A stretch of DNA of 64,000 nucleotides from a virus: positions 4,483 through 68,482 of the IMG/VR virus record IMGVR_UViG_3300046798_000096; one strand, written 5' to 3'. Positions 1 to 10,362 of the stretch are shown piece by piece. The translations under genes and the position numbers were made by a program. The notes beneath the pieces were generated by a model that searched no databases, was not told the origin of the DNA, and was given only the letters and a program-made list of their open reading frames with translations. How positions within the stretch are numbered: the stretch's first letter is position 1; each line of letters starts with the position of its first letter.

Positions 1-3000
1 TGGAGACAAAGAACCACTGACTAGTGTTTCCTGTGGCACCACTGAACACATCAACAACGTTACCAACTGTAACGTTAGTAGTTCCATATGAGGCGATGAC
101 ACCCTTTGAAAAGTCTTCATCCTCCCACATGATACCATGAGAGTTGTTGGTGGCGGGCAACGCCATCAACTGAGTAACTGTCAGCTGGTCCAATTCGCTG
201 ATGTCCCCTGCACCATCAGTAAACGTGCCTAACAGCTTACGCCCTGAAGCAGTCTGCGCGAGTTTGGTATAGGCCAGTGTATTGGTAGTAACCTGGGCGT
301 TAACCAACTGAGCAGCAACGATGTTGGCACCCACTCTGCCAAGAACAGTGTTGGTCCCGACAGCAACAGCAGTAGCGTTGTCTGTGGATGCCGTGGCGTT
401 GGCCAAGACAGTGTTCGCTGCGATGGTCTGCAGGCTGGCGATCGGAACCGTATCCACAGGGAAGTCCGCAGCCTGCAGCACTGACCATTCGAGCGCCGTG
501 TTTGCCGAGTTGTTCCTGAGATGCTGCAGAGCTACCGTTGCAGCCAGGTCCGTTGGATTGGCCGCAGCGTTCGTCGCGTTGGCCTTGACGGACTTCGCAG
601 TCATGTCCGCGAGCAGCGCGTTGGTGATCTGATCTGCGCCGATGTTGTTCGTGACGAGTGTGCCGAAGCCCAGGTCGCCTGAGCCCGACCGACGAAGCAC
701 CTGGTCTGCAGCCGCCGTTGCGAAGAACAGGGAACCCGCAGCGCGCATGAGCATGCTCTGCGCCGCGCTAGTGATCTGCCCGATGTTGCCTGACGTCCTG
801 GCTGGAATGGACTCAGCAGATAGAGCGACCGGCGTGTATGGACCTACGCCAGCAGTCGCGTTCGCGGCGAAGGTGTTCGCTGCCACGTTGGCGAACGTGG
901 CTCGCAGCTCGGTCTCGCCGTTCACTGCATCGTCGGTCGGCGTGAACAGGATGTCCGTCGTGTCCAGGAAGTTCGCCGCAGCTCGCTGCGTCTGGTCGAC
1001 ACCATCCACGCGAATGACGTGGCCTGGGCTGCCACCAGGAGGAACTGCGAACGAGCCATCAGCTCGCAGGAAGTTCACAGTGCCGCCAGCGCTCGCCGGC
1101 ACGAGACCCTTGGCAGCGCCGAACACATCGAGCAGTGAAGTTGCCTGCGTGCCCGTCAGCTCCTCGATGTCACCTGCACCTGCAGTGATGCGACCCAAGA
1201 TGCGGCTAGTGGCGGAGACGTTCTGGATCTTGGCATACGTCCACAGGTCGTTCGCAGCCATACCAACGGTGAGACCGCCCCAGTTCAGCGTCGTAGCTGT
1301 GCGTCGAAACACGGTATCGTCTGCAGCAGACGCGATGTCCGTGGGATTCGCCGAAGCGTTGGTGGCGTTGCCTTTCACAGATAAAGCTGCAGCGTCCGCG
1401 AGCTTTGCGTTGGTCACCGCATCGGCTGCGATGGTCAGAGCCAAACCATTCTGCGTGCTCGTCACGTCGCCCGTATGGGCGCCGAGCTGGAACGTGTGAG
1501 ACGTCGGATCCCAGATGATGCTGGTGGAGTCGACGGTCAGGAATGCAACAGCCGTTGGCGTTGCAGTGCCTGCCGTAATGTTCGCAAGGAACGTGTCCGT
1601 AGCGATGGTCGCGAGCGCCGTTACGGGCACCACGTTCGCTGGGAAGTCACCCGTGGTGAACACGGACCATTCGAGGCCGGTGTTCGCAGCGTTGACCCTG
1701 ATATGCTGGAATGCTGCAGAACCCGCGAGCGCTGCCGGCACTGCCGATGCGTTGGTCGCATTCGCAAGCACGCTCTTTGCTGCAAGCGCACCGAACGCCG
1801 TAGTGTTTGAATCCTGCGTCGCCGTGATGGCGCCGGTCAGTGCTCCGCGTTGAATGTCGTTGGCCCCAACGACAAGCGAACCGCCAGCTCCGACTGCAAC
1901 ATCAAGCGTGTGCGTACCGAAGACAAGTCCTGCGCCTGCAAGAGTACTGAGATTGACCGCAACAGGCGCAGCCGTTGAGCCAGATACGTTACCGAGGAAG
2001 GTGTCGTTCGCAATCGTCGCGAACCCAGTAAGGGGAATAGGAAACGTGGCAATCTGACGATCAGCGTTTGTGTCGTCCGTGAAGAATGGATTATTCGGTG
2101 TATCATTCTTCACCCAGAATAGCGCTTGAGCTGCAGCCATCGAAGGTGTCGAGGCAGCAGCTTCAGTGAAACGCAGAAATCCTGTTGGTAGTATGACTAC
2201 TGGAGCTTGCAGCGAGATGCTGCCTGCAGTAGCCGTGACATTGACTCCAGTAGCACCCGTTGCATTGATGACGTCAGTTGCACTAGCGATGTCAATGACA
2301 CCAGCGGAAAGCAGCGCAATATCGTTCGTCAGCGTCGAACTTCCCATGTGAAGGAAGCCGCTGGGCGTGACGGTCATGTTGCCGCCGCACGTCATCACGA
2401 TCTCGTCGAGCGCGGTAACGTTGATGTCACTGTCATCGCTAGTCAGGTTCAGGCTATCAAAAGCTCGAACCGTCAGGCCACCAGCGGTGATGCGAAACAA
2501 GCTCGTGTCGAAACCAACGAGTTGGATGTCCTCCCCAGCATTCAAATGCCAGTTCTTGTCGGCCTCGAACAGGAAGTTGTTGTTGGTGCGCGCTTGGCCT
2601 GTAGCTACACCACCAGCGAGTGTGCCCCACTGGATGAACTGTGCATCGTCAATGATGGGGTTCGAAGCGCCCGAGTGGTTGTCGATGAGGAGTGTGTCAT
2701 CCCATCCTGCAGTGCCACCCGCTCCGGAGTTGGTGATGGTGATGTCCACCTCACCATCCGTTGGGTCATCAACTACCGCGAGCGTGATGCCCGTGCCCTC
2801 TATGAGGTTCAGGCGGCGCTGCGTCGAGATGGTGGCGCCCGTGCTGTTCTTGCGAACACCGACGCCATCCCAATTAATACGGCCCGCGTTTGCTGGACGG
2901 ATCGCAACGATCAGACCAGCAGAACGAGCTGCTCCGTAGGTGAACGCGCTCGGGTCCTCCGTCTGGTTCAGCGCCGTCTTGTACGCGAACCCGATGCGGC

Positions 3001-3772
3001 AGTTGATGCTCGCCGTCGCGCTCGCGATGGCATCCTGCCCCGTGCCGATGTAGCCGGCAGGGAACGCGGAGATGGTGGATGCCGCCTCGATGTCGAGACC
3101 AATGACCGCGAGGTAGAAGGTGTTGGTGGCCTCTGCGACCGCCCAGCTAGGCGTGACCGAGCCGATGTCCAGCGACGTGCCTGCACCGCTGTCGTTGACG
3201 GCAGAGGTGACCTCCATGTCACCGCTGGCCTTGTCGAGCAGCCAGTCGTGAACGATGGCGCCGGAAGCAGTACCAAAGGTGACGGTCTCGGTGGCTCCCT
3301 CTAAGCCAGTGATGACTCGCTTGTAGACAGCAATGATAGAAGCGCTAGTGGCTTGGCTCCCAACATGCGTCCACGCTGCGGGAGGCGTGATGGTCGTAAG
3401 ACCACCGGTGGCAATGGCAACTGCTAGTACGTCCCCTGCTACCAATCCAGGTGGATAGGTATAGGTGTGGGACGTCGCAGAGACCGAGAACGCTTGCCCG
3501 CTAATCCCTTTGATCTCTGGAGCGTTGCCGCCCGCGACGCCAGACAGGTACGACAGGCCGAGGCCTGCGAACGTGGCCATGCTCCACGGAACACCGGCGC
3601 GCACGACTTCGGACAGGTTGCCGAAGAGCGTACCAGGAGGCTGCAGTGAGAAGTCATTGCCGCCGAGCCCTACGATGCGCGCAACGCGCGTACCGGCAAG
3701 GACTTCAATGCCGCCCGAGATGACGAGCTGGCCGTCAGGAACGAGCGGATGCGGTACCTCGGTGAACGGCAC
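1..3772 (-). CDS. Large virion fibre/decoration protein (>1250 aa, 3' end runs off the window)
   Basis: Manual translation: GTG at 3772 (SD-like AAGGTGAG) is open to position 1. It is absent from the ORF track because it has no stop in the window. Ala/Thr/Gly-rich, with repeats such as NAKLADAAALSVKGNATNASANPTDIA and QH(I/L)RxNxANTxLEWSV; lies downstream of the capsid genes. Confidence 0.8.
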   Translation of the reverse strand, partial: MPFTEVPHPLVPDGQLVISGGIEVLAGTRVARIVGLGGNDFSLQPPGTLFGNLSEVVRAGVPWSMATFAGLGLSYLSGVAGGNAPEIKGISGQAFSVSATSHTYTYPPGLVAGDVLAVAIATGGLTTITPPAAWTHVGSQATSASIIAVYKRVITGLEGATETVTFGTASGAIVHDWLLDKASGDMEVTSAVNDSGAGTSLDIGSVTPSWAVAEATNTFYLAVIGLDIEAASTISAFPAGYIGTGQDAIASATASINCRIGFAYKTALNQTEDPSAFTYGAARSAGLIVAIRPANAGRINWDGVGVRKNSTGATISTQRRLNLIEGTGITLAVVDDPTDGEVDITITNSGAGGTAGWDDTLLIDNHSGASNPIIDDAQFIQWGTLAGGVATGQARTNNNFLFEADKNWHLNAGEDIQLVGFDTSLFRITAGGLTVRAFDSLNLTSDDSDINVTALDEIVMTCGGNMTVTPSGFLHMGSSTLTNDIALLSAGVIDIASATDVINATGATGVNVTATAGSISLQAPVVILPTGFLRFTEAAASTPSMAAAQALFWVKNDTPNNPFFTDDTNADRQIATFPIPLTGFATIANDTFLGNVSGSTAAPVAVNLSTLAGAGLVFGTHTLDVAVGAGGSLVVGANDIQRGALTGAITATQDSNTTAFGALAAKSVLANATNASAVPAALAGSAAFQHIRVNAANTGLEWSVFTTGDFPANVVPVTALATIATDTFLANITAGTATPTAVAFLTVDSTSIIWDPTSHTFQLGAHTGDVTSTQNGLALTIAADAVTNAKLADAAALSVKGNATNASANPTDIASAADDTVFRRTATTLNWGGLTVGMAANDLWTYAKIQNVSATSRILGRITAGAGDIEELTGTQATSLLDVFGAAKGLVPASAGGTVNFLRADGSFAVPPGGSPGHVIRVDGVDQTQRAAANFLDTTDILFTPTDDAVNGETELRATFANVAANTFAANATAGVGPYTPVALSAESIPARTSGNIGQITSAAQSMLMRAAGSLFFATAAADQVLRRSGSGDLGFGTLVTNNIGADQITNALLADMTAKSVKANATNAAANPTDLAATVALQHLRNNSANTALEWSVLQAADFPVDTVPIASLQTIAANTVLANATASTDNATAVAVGTNTVLGRVGANIVAAQLVNAQVTTNTLAYTKLAQTASGRKLLGTFTDGAGDISELDQLTVTQLMALPATNNSHGIMWEDEDFSKGVIASYGTTNVTVGNVVDVFSGATGNTSQWFFVS

Positions 3773-3789
3773 CGCTCACCTTACTACGG

Positions 3790-4140
3790 TTACGGGTTCC
3801 GCGGTATCAGGTACTGCGGGTCTTTCAGGCCGGGCGAGGACCACCAGTAACAGTTCGCCGACATGCCGGTACCCGTGCGCGACTTGAACGCCTTCACCGG
3901 CAGCGGCACTGGGCGCGTCTCGCCGACGTTCAGCTCCACCACGAAGTCCGTGTCGTCTTCGAGGGTCACCGTCACAGCCCCCGCAGTACCAGCGCAGTGC
4001 AGCTCGACGAGCTGGGCACCGAAGGGTGGGAACTTCGAGATGGTCTGCAGCGACGTGGTCGTCGCGATGGCAGCATCAGCGAAGCTCTTGCCCTGATCTG
4101 CCGGCCTGTCTTGGTAGTAGCGGGGTGCGGCTTGAGGCAT
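3790..4140 (-). CDS. Hypothetical virion-associated protein
   Basis: 116-aa ORF tightly packed in the head operon, with good codon bias. Confidence 0.65.
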   Translation of the reverse strand: MPQAAPRYYQDRPADQGKSFADAAIATTTSLQTISKFPPFGAQLVELHCAGTAGAVTVTLEDDTDFVVELNVGETRPVPLPVKAFKSRTGTGMSANCYWWSSPGLKDPQYLIPRNP

Positions 4141-4143
4141 GGC

Positions 4144-4665
4144 TCACTTTCCTGCAGGCAGTACTCGGGTGCGCCGCGCAGCACGAATGCGCGCAGCAGT
4201 GTTCTTGTGGAGAGCGCAAGGGCCCACCTGGGCTGGTCCACCTGCGTCGGAGATGATCTGGTCGAGGTGCTGCTGGCGCTTGAACTTCAGCAGGTCTTGC
4301 TTGTTCTGCGAGTCGATCCACTTCATGTTCGCGCGAGTCAAGTCGTGCGCGTCTCGGATGCGCTCCTCGTACGCGACGACGACCTCGGCCTTGCGCTTGG
4401 CTACCTCTTGCGCTTCCTTCGCCTTGCGCATGAGCTCGTCCGCAGAGAACTGAGCAGCCTCGGCCTCCTCCCGAGCAGCCTCAAGATTCGGCAGCTCGGG
4501 CTTGCTGCGCGAGAACAAGGGCGCTGCCCTCGTCACCTGCTCTCGGGTGATGTTGGGCAGCAGCTTGCCAACAACGTCCAACCGCGGAGCCCCATCTTCG
4601 GTCCAGTGATCGTCGACCTCGGGGTCGAGCGTTTCGAGAGCAGAGAGGATATCACTGGCGTTCAT
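4144..4665 (-). CDS. Head-module protein with N-terminal HeH/LEM-like motif and coiled coil
   Basis: LDPEVDDHWTEDGAPRLDVV...ITREQVT motif, typical of small phage head-completion proteins after the capsid gene. Confidence 0.6.
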   Translation of the reverse strand: MNASDILSALETLDPEVDDHWTEDGAPRLDVVGKLLPNITREQVTRAAPLFSRSKPELPNLEAAREEAEAAQFSADELMRKAKEAQEVAKRKAEVVVAYEERIRDAHDLTRANMKWIDSQNKQDLLKFKRQQHLDQIISDAGGPAQVGPCALHKNTAARIRAARRTRVLPAGK

Positions 4666-4691
4666 ATGGGGCTCCTATAGCGGTGGGGTTG

Positions 4692-5264
4692 TTACGACAG
4701 GGCGTTCTTGCCGAAGCCTACGGTCACCAGTCGAACACTGCCGCGAACGCGAACAGTGATCAAGCCGGAGACGTCAGCATCGGGCAGGGTCATGTTCAAG
4801 AACACCGCCAAAGCTCCGGCGTTGTTGTTGAACGTACCTGCCGCTGCAGCGAGCGCACCTGCGATGGTGTTGATGCCATCGAAGGCACGCTTGACGTGCG
4901 GTGACACACCAGCCACAGCTGCTCCAGCAGCCGCTGCAGTCAGCAGATTGATCTCGGTGGTAGCGAGAGTCAGATCTGCCGTTGCTGTGGTGCCGAGCGC
5001 AGCAGTGACGTTGTACGTATCCGAAAGCAAAGCCGACGCCGGGTCCTCGGTGACATCCAATTGCAGGACGCCACCGAGAACGAGAAAGTCGCCTCTGGGA
5101 AGGCCGCAGAGCGGAGTCGAGGCAAACTCGACAGCACCGCCTACGTTGCTGAACGTCACCAGCTTGTTGAAGGTGACGTAGGTCAGCTTGAGCGGATCGG
5201 AGCCAAGGTCATTACCTTGGCCGATCCGGTCAAGCCGCTGCTTGGAGCCAGACGAGGCGACCAT
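4692..5264 (-). CDS. Putative capsid decoration/cement protein
   Basis: Coupled to the capsid stop (TAATG); beta-rich, Ala/Thr-rich, 190 aa. Function inferred from position. Confidence 0.5.
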   Translation of the reverse strand: MVASSGSKQRLDRIGQGNDLGSDPLKLTYVTFNKLVTFSNVGGAVEFASTPLCGLPRGDFLVLGGVLQLDVTEDPASALLSDTYNVTAALGTTATADLTLATTEINLLTAAAAGAAVAGVSPHVKRAFDGINTIAGALAAAAGTFNNNAGALAVFLNMTLPDADVSGLITVRVRGSVRLVTVGFGKNALS

Positions 5265-6316
5265 TACGCTTCACGACTCCTAACACGAACGATCTTGTAC
5301 ATCTTGCGCTCGGGGTAGATGCGCGACCAAGAAGCAGCTGCCTGCAGCTCGGCATCGCTCGGGCCTGCACCTGTGGAAGCAACCTTCCACTGATAGCCGA
5401 CCGGGTGCAAGCACCACTCCCACCGGTTGTAGACGACCGTCTCGCCGTTGCCGTTGCCGGCGCCCGCGTGGCGTTCCTCTTCCAGGGGATTCTTGTGCTG
5501 GCCTTGACCAAGCACGAAGGCACCAGCACCGAAGTAGTACGTGTCGTACACACCGGTGGTGATCTCCGTCATGTCGTCGTCGATGATGACGCGCATCCCC
5601 ATGAAGGTCGTGTACAGCGTCTGACCCTGCGAGTCCTTGACGGTCTCGATGAGGTCTTGCAGCGAGATACCCGCCTCGATGATGGAGTGCATCAGGATGA
5701 TGCCGAGCTTGCGCTTGTTGTCACCCAACAGCTGGATGGCCTTGATGTGCGCCGCAGCACCGAAGGTCGTAACCCCGGGTTGGAACACACCCGCACCAGC
5801 AGCGTCGCTGATGTCCAAGGTCATGTCATTGGTGACGTGGATGTCGGTGCCCGTCGGAGCAGCCGCGTTGTCGGCGAAGATGCCCTTGCACTGGAACAGG
5901 AACATCTCCTGCAGCTTCCACGACCGGTAGGTCGCGATGCGGCCGAGGATGAACGCCAGCGGATCACCATCGAGGTCCAGGGAGTCCGTGAGGTCGGTGA
6001 CGCCCCAGCTCTGGTTGCGGCTCGTGCGAGCTGCAATCTCTTTGCTGGAGGTCAGGCCCTGCGGGACCGGATCGTTGGTGCCGCCGGAGAACAGGATGGA
6101 CGCGGTCTCCGTCGGCTGACGGGAGGCGACGTTCGCCAGGTCGTTCCAGAACGGCATCTCAAAGAGAACGCCGCCCTTTTGCATGAAGCGGTCCATGCGC
6201 GGAGACGCCACGATGACGCCGGACTGGACGAGCGCATTGACCTTGGTGGTCAACACGTACGCCATGCGATCGAACTTCAGCGGGATGTACCCGCTCAAAC
6301 TGGTAATGAAGGCCAT
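5264..6316 (-). CDS. Major capsid protein
   Basis: 350 aa, follows the scaffold gene; ALVQSGV...GG..FEMPFWNDL motif of PA73/KL1/YuA-like coat proteins. Confidence 0.9.
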   Translation of the reverse strand: MAFITSLSGYIPLKFDRMAYVLTTKVNALVQSGVIVASPRMDRFMQKGGVLFEMPFWNDLANVASRQPTETASILFSGGTNDPVPQGLTSSKEIAARTSRNQSWGVTDLTDSLDLDGDPLAFILGRIATYRSWKLQEMFLFQCKGIFADNAAAPTGTDIHVTNDMTLDISDAAGAGVFQPGVTTFGAAAHIKAIQLLGDNKRKLGIILMHSIIEAGISLQDLIETVKDSQGQTLYTTFMGMRVIIDDDMTEITTGVYDTYYFGAGAFVLGQGQHKNPLEEERHAGAGNGNGETVVYNRWEWCLHPVGYQWKVASTGAGPSDAELQAAASWSRIYPERKMYKIVRVRSREA

Positions 6317-6362
6317 TGGTCACACACTCCTGACGTTGATGTTACGACGGAGGCGCCTGGCC

Positions 6363-6400
6363 ACCAGTACTCATCGCCCTCCTGGGGTGATGAGTACTGG
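6363..6400 (-). promoter_or_regulatory. Stable hairpin in the scaffold-capsid intergenic leader
   Basis: 12-bp perfect stem CCAGTACTCATC/GATGAGTACTGG plus inner pairs. Confidence 0.6.
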
Positions 6401-6436
6401 GATCCTACCACTCCTTTATTCAGGTATCCAGCCGAA

Positions 6437-7291
6437 TCACGAAAAAACGTTGACCTCGGGGATGCCATTGTCGGGGTGGTACGGGTCATCCACACCCACA
6501 CCAGCTGCTTTGGCGAGCGCCTCGGCACGCTTCGGGTCCTTACTCTGGATCTCGCCCTGCTTGCCGATGTTCCAGGTCTTGGCTGCCCACGGATTGGCTC
6601 CCGAAGGACCACCCTTGCCGTTGTTGCCCTTGGCGTCGCCACCAACGGACTCGCCGAGCCAGTGCGTCTTTAGACCGTCGTCAAACATGCCGCGTAGAGC
6701 CTGCTGCAGCGGCAGCCCGCTCTTCTTGTCGATGACCTTGCCGTCGACAATCTGAGCATTGCGCTCCGCCCACACCAGCGCATCCGGATCCTCACCCGTG
6801 TACGTCGTCGGCGCACACTTTAGAGCCACACACGCCTCGCGCATCGCCTCGTGGATGGTGCGCGTGGTGCCCTCTCGGGCGAAACCCTCGTTGGCGGTCT
6901 TCAGCGTGTCCCGCTCTGACGACAGCGTCTTGATCTGCTCCTGCAGCGGTGCAGTCGCGACCTTCAGGCGTGCTTCCACAGCCGCATCGATCTTGACCTT
7001 GTCCTTAGTGCCAACCGCTTCCAGCTCGGTCTTCGTGGCTTCCAGCTCGGTCAGTGCAACTCGCACCTCATCGGGCTTCAGATCACCGAACGCGGAGAGC
7101 TGTTGCTTCAGTGCAACGTTGGCTGTGCGATGCGCAGCGTTCTCCGCTCGGACCGTCTTGACGATGTCGAAGTCGTCCGCCATCTCGATGGCAGTCAACT
7201 TGAACTTACCGTCCTTTTGAACGGTATACATGTCGTGGAATGCGGCATCGACGCCGTCTAGGCTGTCGACGTACCTCTTGAGTGGGTCCAT
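6437..7291 (-). CDS. Capsid scaffolding protein
   Basis: N-terminal LKRYVDSLDGVDAAFHDMY..KDGKF, long coiled coil, C-terminal NPWAAKTWNIGKQG..DPKRAEALAKAAG; lies between portal and capsid genes. Confidence 0.85.
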   Translation of the reverse strand: MDPLKRYVDSLDGVDAAFHDMYTVQKDGKFKLTAIEMADDFDIVKTVRAENAAHRTANVALKQQLSAFGDLKPDEVRVALTELEATKTELEAVGTKDKVKIDAAVEARLKVATAPLQEQIKTLSSERDTLKTANEGFAREGTTRTIHEAMREACVALKCAPTTYTGEDPDALVWAERNAQIVDGKVIDKKSGLPLQQALRGMFDDGLKTHWLGESVGGDAKGNNGKGGPSGANPWAAKTWNIGKQGEIQSKDPKRAEALAKAAGVGVDDPYHPDNGIPEVNVFS

Positions 7292-7302
7292 ATAGCTCCT
7301 GG

Positions 7303-8841
7303 CTACTTGTTCTTCTTGCTGGTTGTTCTGGTCTTGCCACGTGCACTAGTGCCAGTGGGGTTCGCTGCAGACTTCACTGCACCACCCGCCGGGGCTGGTG
7401 GAGTGAGTTGCTTCGGAGTTTTGCCGGCAGGGTTCGATGTGGGAGTACCCGTTGCCATGATAGCAGGCGGTTCGCCCTTCAGCAGCGTCATCGCTGTCTC
7501 GAAGTCAGTGGTGGATATACCACGTTCGCGCGCCATGCGATGCAGATCTTCATCGGTGATGGGGTAACCCATGTTCTTCGCCTGCATCAGCTCCACCAGC
7601 GTCTTGGCGAACAGCTCAGGGTTGACGAAGTTGGTGTTGGGCCTGACCACCACCTCCTCGGGATCCTCTCCCAAAGCCACTGCGAGGTCTCGCAGTGCCT
7701 TCGTGATGGCTTCGCCACACGTCTCCGCCACCGACGAAAGCGTCGCTGTCTGAGACGCGAGACGAGTCTTCAGCGACTCGCCCGATTCGCGCTGAAGGCT
7801 GCGCGTATCGATCATCTGCCCACCAAGACGATCGGAATCGTTCGTCTTGTTGGCCACATGAGCACGCATTTCAGCCAAACCAGCAGCATTAATGCCGATC
7901 CAGTAGGCCTTGCTGCCCGCCTCCGGCGTCAGCGTCGCCCCAGAGCCGATTGCATACTTCTTGTCTGGGTCCCCACCCTCAATCACCAAAGTCTCCTGAC
8001 TCTGGTCATGCAGCTGCTGCTCATGATCTGCACTGTTTCTATATAGCGAGAAGCACTTGAGCGCTAATTCGAGGTATGGAGGTGGTCCCGGTGTTACTTC
8101 CGTGTCTTCCGAATTCACGAAGTAGAATGGAAGGAATGGCAATGGTGACGATAGAATCGTCGGAGTCCTCATCTCGCTCTCGTCGAACGCTTCGTTGAGG
8201 AACTGCCCGTTCTTGTAGACCCCTCCCGGCGCTGGGCTAGACACCGAGCCCAGGGAGAGCACGCGGTGCTTCACGACTTCGGTCGCCTCGAAGTCGTCGC
8301 CCATGACCTCCTCCGTTTCGTCCAAAACCACGAGACGGAGGAGTTGATACCCATCAGCTGTGCGCTCACCCTCATCCCAGTTGATGATGTACTCGGTGGT
8401 GTACAGGCAAAGGTACGGCTTCGGCACCCCGCGGGGCCCCTTCGACGGCAGATCGATGAGGAACCCGCAGCGACCCACCAAGAGCTGCTCGAAGTTCACC
8501 TTCGCCATGAAGTCCTGCAGCGTCTGACCACTGTAGGTAGCGCGATTGATCAGGTACTTCATCCGCTTCGGTAGTTCGATGGTGGCGTCCTTACCCCACA
8601 AGATGCCAAGAGCAACACGGACCATGTTGCTCATCTTGTGTGGGAACTCTGCACGCTCAATATACGAACAATACCGCTGCTTCTGCTCTTCGTCCGTCTT
8701 CCACTGCTGCATACCCACCGTCGGAGGTAGGTACTCCTCGCGCAGCTCCTTGACGTGCAGCTCCCCCTCATAGGCGTCGCGGCACTTTTTCCAAGCGCAC
8801 TTGTACTTCTTGTACAGACGGTGTTGTGACGAGACGGCCAT
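7303..8841 (-). CDS. Portal protein (DUF4055-type)
   Basis: 512 aa directly after TerL; W..CRDAYEGE..VK....YLP and Y..Y..RA.F motifs. Confidence 0.9.
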   Translation of the reverse strand: MAVSSQHRLYKKYKCAWKKCRDAYEGELHVKELREEYLPPTVGMQQWKTDEEQKQRYCSYIERAEFPHKMSNMVRVALGILWGKDATIELPKRMKYLINRATYSGQTLQDFMAKVNFEQLLVGRCGFLIDLPSKGPRGVPKPYLCLYTTEYIINWDEGERTADGYQLLRLVVLDETEEVMGDDFEATEVVKHRVLSLGSVSSPAPGGVYKNGQFLNEAFDESEMRTPTILSSPLPFLPFYFVNSEDTEVTPGPPPYLELALKCFSLYRNSADHEQQLHDQSQETLVIEGGDPDKKYAIGSGATLTPEAGSKAYWIGINAAGLAEMRAHVANKTNDSDRLGGQMIDTRSLQRESGESLKTRLASQTATLSSVAETCGEAITKALRDLAVALGEDPEEVVVRPNTNFVNPELFAKTLVELMQAKNMGYPITDEDLHRMARERGISTTDFETAMTLLKGEPPAIMATGTPTSNPAGKTPKQLTPPAPAGGAVKSAANPTGTSARGKTRTTSKKNK

Positions 8842-8849
8842 AGGTCGAA

Positions 8850-10325
8850 CTATACGCCTGTGTGGCTGCCAGAGCCAGTGTATCGCGGCTGCTCATACAC
8901 GAAATACCGTGTTTCGTCGCCTGCGTGGTCCTCAGCCTCGGTATCCACGTCATCCATGTCGTCTGGGTCGCGTGGAAGCGATAGTACGGTGCGTAGCCAC
9001 TCCGTACAGTAGGGCCCAACGACGAAAAGTCCTGGTCGCTCTCGAGGATTGCCTGACTTTGGTGGTACTGCGTTCTCCAGATACTGACGCATCGCTAGCC
9101 AACCTAGTTTTCTACTACCTGAAGACTTGTCGGATAGCTTCCACTTGATTCCGGGGAACTCACGCCCAGTAGGCAGCCTAATAGGCGCTTCCATATCCTT
9201 CTGGACACTATGTCCGTTGGAGATGGTAACGATGGAGCCGTCAGCAACACCCTTCGTAACACGTTCCTGAATCTTCCACTGTAGCTGACGCTCCACCATA
9301 CCTCGTGCAATGGTCGCCGCATCGAGCTTTAGGCCAACGTTGATCTCGTTGGGATGGCACCCGTACCACTCGCGGATGCGGAACAGGTCCCCTTTTACGG
9401 TACTGCGCATCTGCTGCGTGCGAGTCTTGTAGTCCGACCCATCCGAGATAGCCCACCAGCCGAGACTGAAGGGCTTCGATGACCCCCAGTCGAATCCCGG
9501 TCGGATCTTCCACGACGGCGGCACGTCGAAGGGAAGCAAGTTGTGCACAGGCGTCTGCCACAAGTCGTCGAACATGCCGCCGGCTACGATATCCCAGCTG
9601 CCCTCTAGCCACGCCTTCCGCTCTGCTTCCGAGCGACAGGATGCCCGCAACTTGTCCATGTACATGGGGTCCGCGGCGAGCAGAATCTTGTTCTCGCGGA
9701 TGTCGCTGTGAATGGACATCCGGTCCGGCAGAGCGTTCCCGTCGTCGTCCTTTAAATTCCGCTGTACCCGGCGGTCGCGAATAGCAAGGTGCAGGTCGTA
9801 CCGGCGCTTCACCCAACCATGTCCCGGTCCATACGGATTGGTAGTTGAGCGAATTCTCATGGGGATTCCACTGTGGGAAGACCTCACAGTGGACATCATC
9901 TTGGTAAGTACTACTGGTGTAGCCCAATTGGTCAACTCCTCCAGCCCGAGCCATGAGTACTCATGGCCGTGATAGTTCTCATAGTCGTCATCGCGCATGA
10001 AGTGCCGCAACAACAACATCTCGCCCGTCTTCCAATTCCACACACAATCGGTGTTGTTGAAGACAGCGTCCTTCCCGAAGATGCGCGGGAACCACTTTTT
10101 CGACTTCGCGATGACGTCCGCGAGCTGCTTGTACGTTTTTCGGAAGAGAATTCCGCGCCAAGCGGCGCCGAACCCTCTTCCGCACTCCTTTGCGAAGTCC
10201 ATGAGGAGGCAGTCGGTCTTCCCACCTCCGCGCGTGCCCTCGTAGAGCGTCTCGAAGATGGGACACGACAGAAAAGCGACCTGGGAGCCCGCTTGAGGCT
10301 TCCAAACGACGTCGGAGACGTTCAC
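8850..10325 (-). CDS. terL: Terminase large subunit
   Basis: Walker A GTRGGGKT, RGILFRKTY, Walker B LEELT, TTNPYGPGHGW, nuclease GFDWG and C-terminal EDHAGDETRY. Confidence 0.95.
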   Translation of the reverse strand: MNVSDVVWKPQAGSQVAFLSCPIFETLYEGTRGGGKTDCLLMDFAKECGRGFGAAWRGILFRKTYKQLADVIAKSKKWFPRIFGKDAVFNNTDCVWNWKTGEMLLLRHFMRDDDYENYHGHEYSWLGLEELTNWATPVVLTKMMSTVRSSHSGIPMRIRSTTNPYGPGHGWVKRRYDLHLAIRDRRVQRNLKDDDGNALPDRMSIHSDIRENKILLAADPMYMDKLRASCRSEAERKAWLEGSWDIVAGGMFDDLWQTPVHNLLPFDVPPSWKIRPGFDWGSSKPFSLGWWAISDGSDYKTRTQQMRSTVKGDLFRIREWYGCHPNEINVGLKLDAATIARGMVERQLQWKIQERVTKGVADGSIVTISNGHSVQKDMEAPIRLPTGREFPGIKWKLSDKSSGSRKLGWLAMRQYLENAVPPKSGNPRERPGLFVVGPYCTEWLRTVLSLPRDPDDMDDVDTEAEDHAGDETRYFVYEQPRYTGSGSHTGV

Positions 10326-10362
10326 TTTCTATCTCCGAAGCCCTGTGAGCAGTAGAAAGGGC

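Noticed and set aside
321-9148. Long plus-strand ORFs over the head module (e.g. 642..1499, 2207..3304, 5405..6673, 6759..7220)
   Set aside because: Antisense shadows of GC-rich minus-strand genes; no motifs or SDs.
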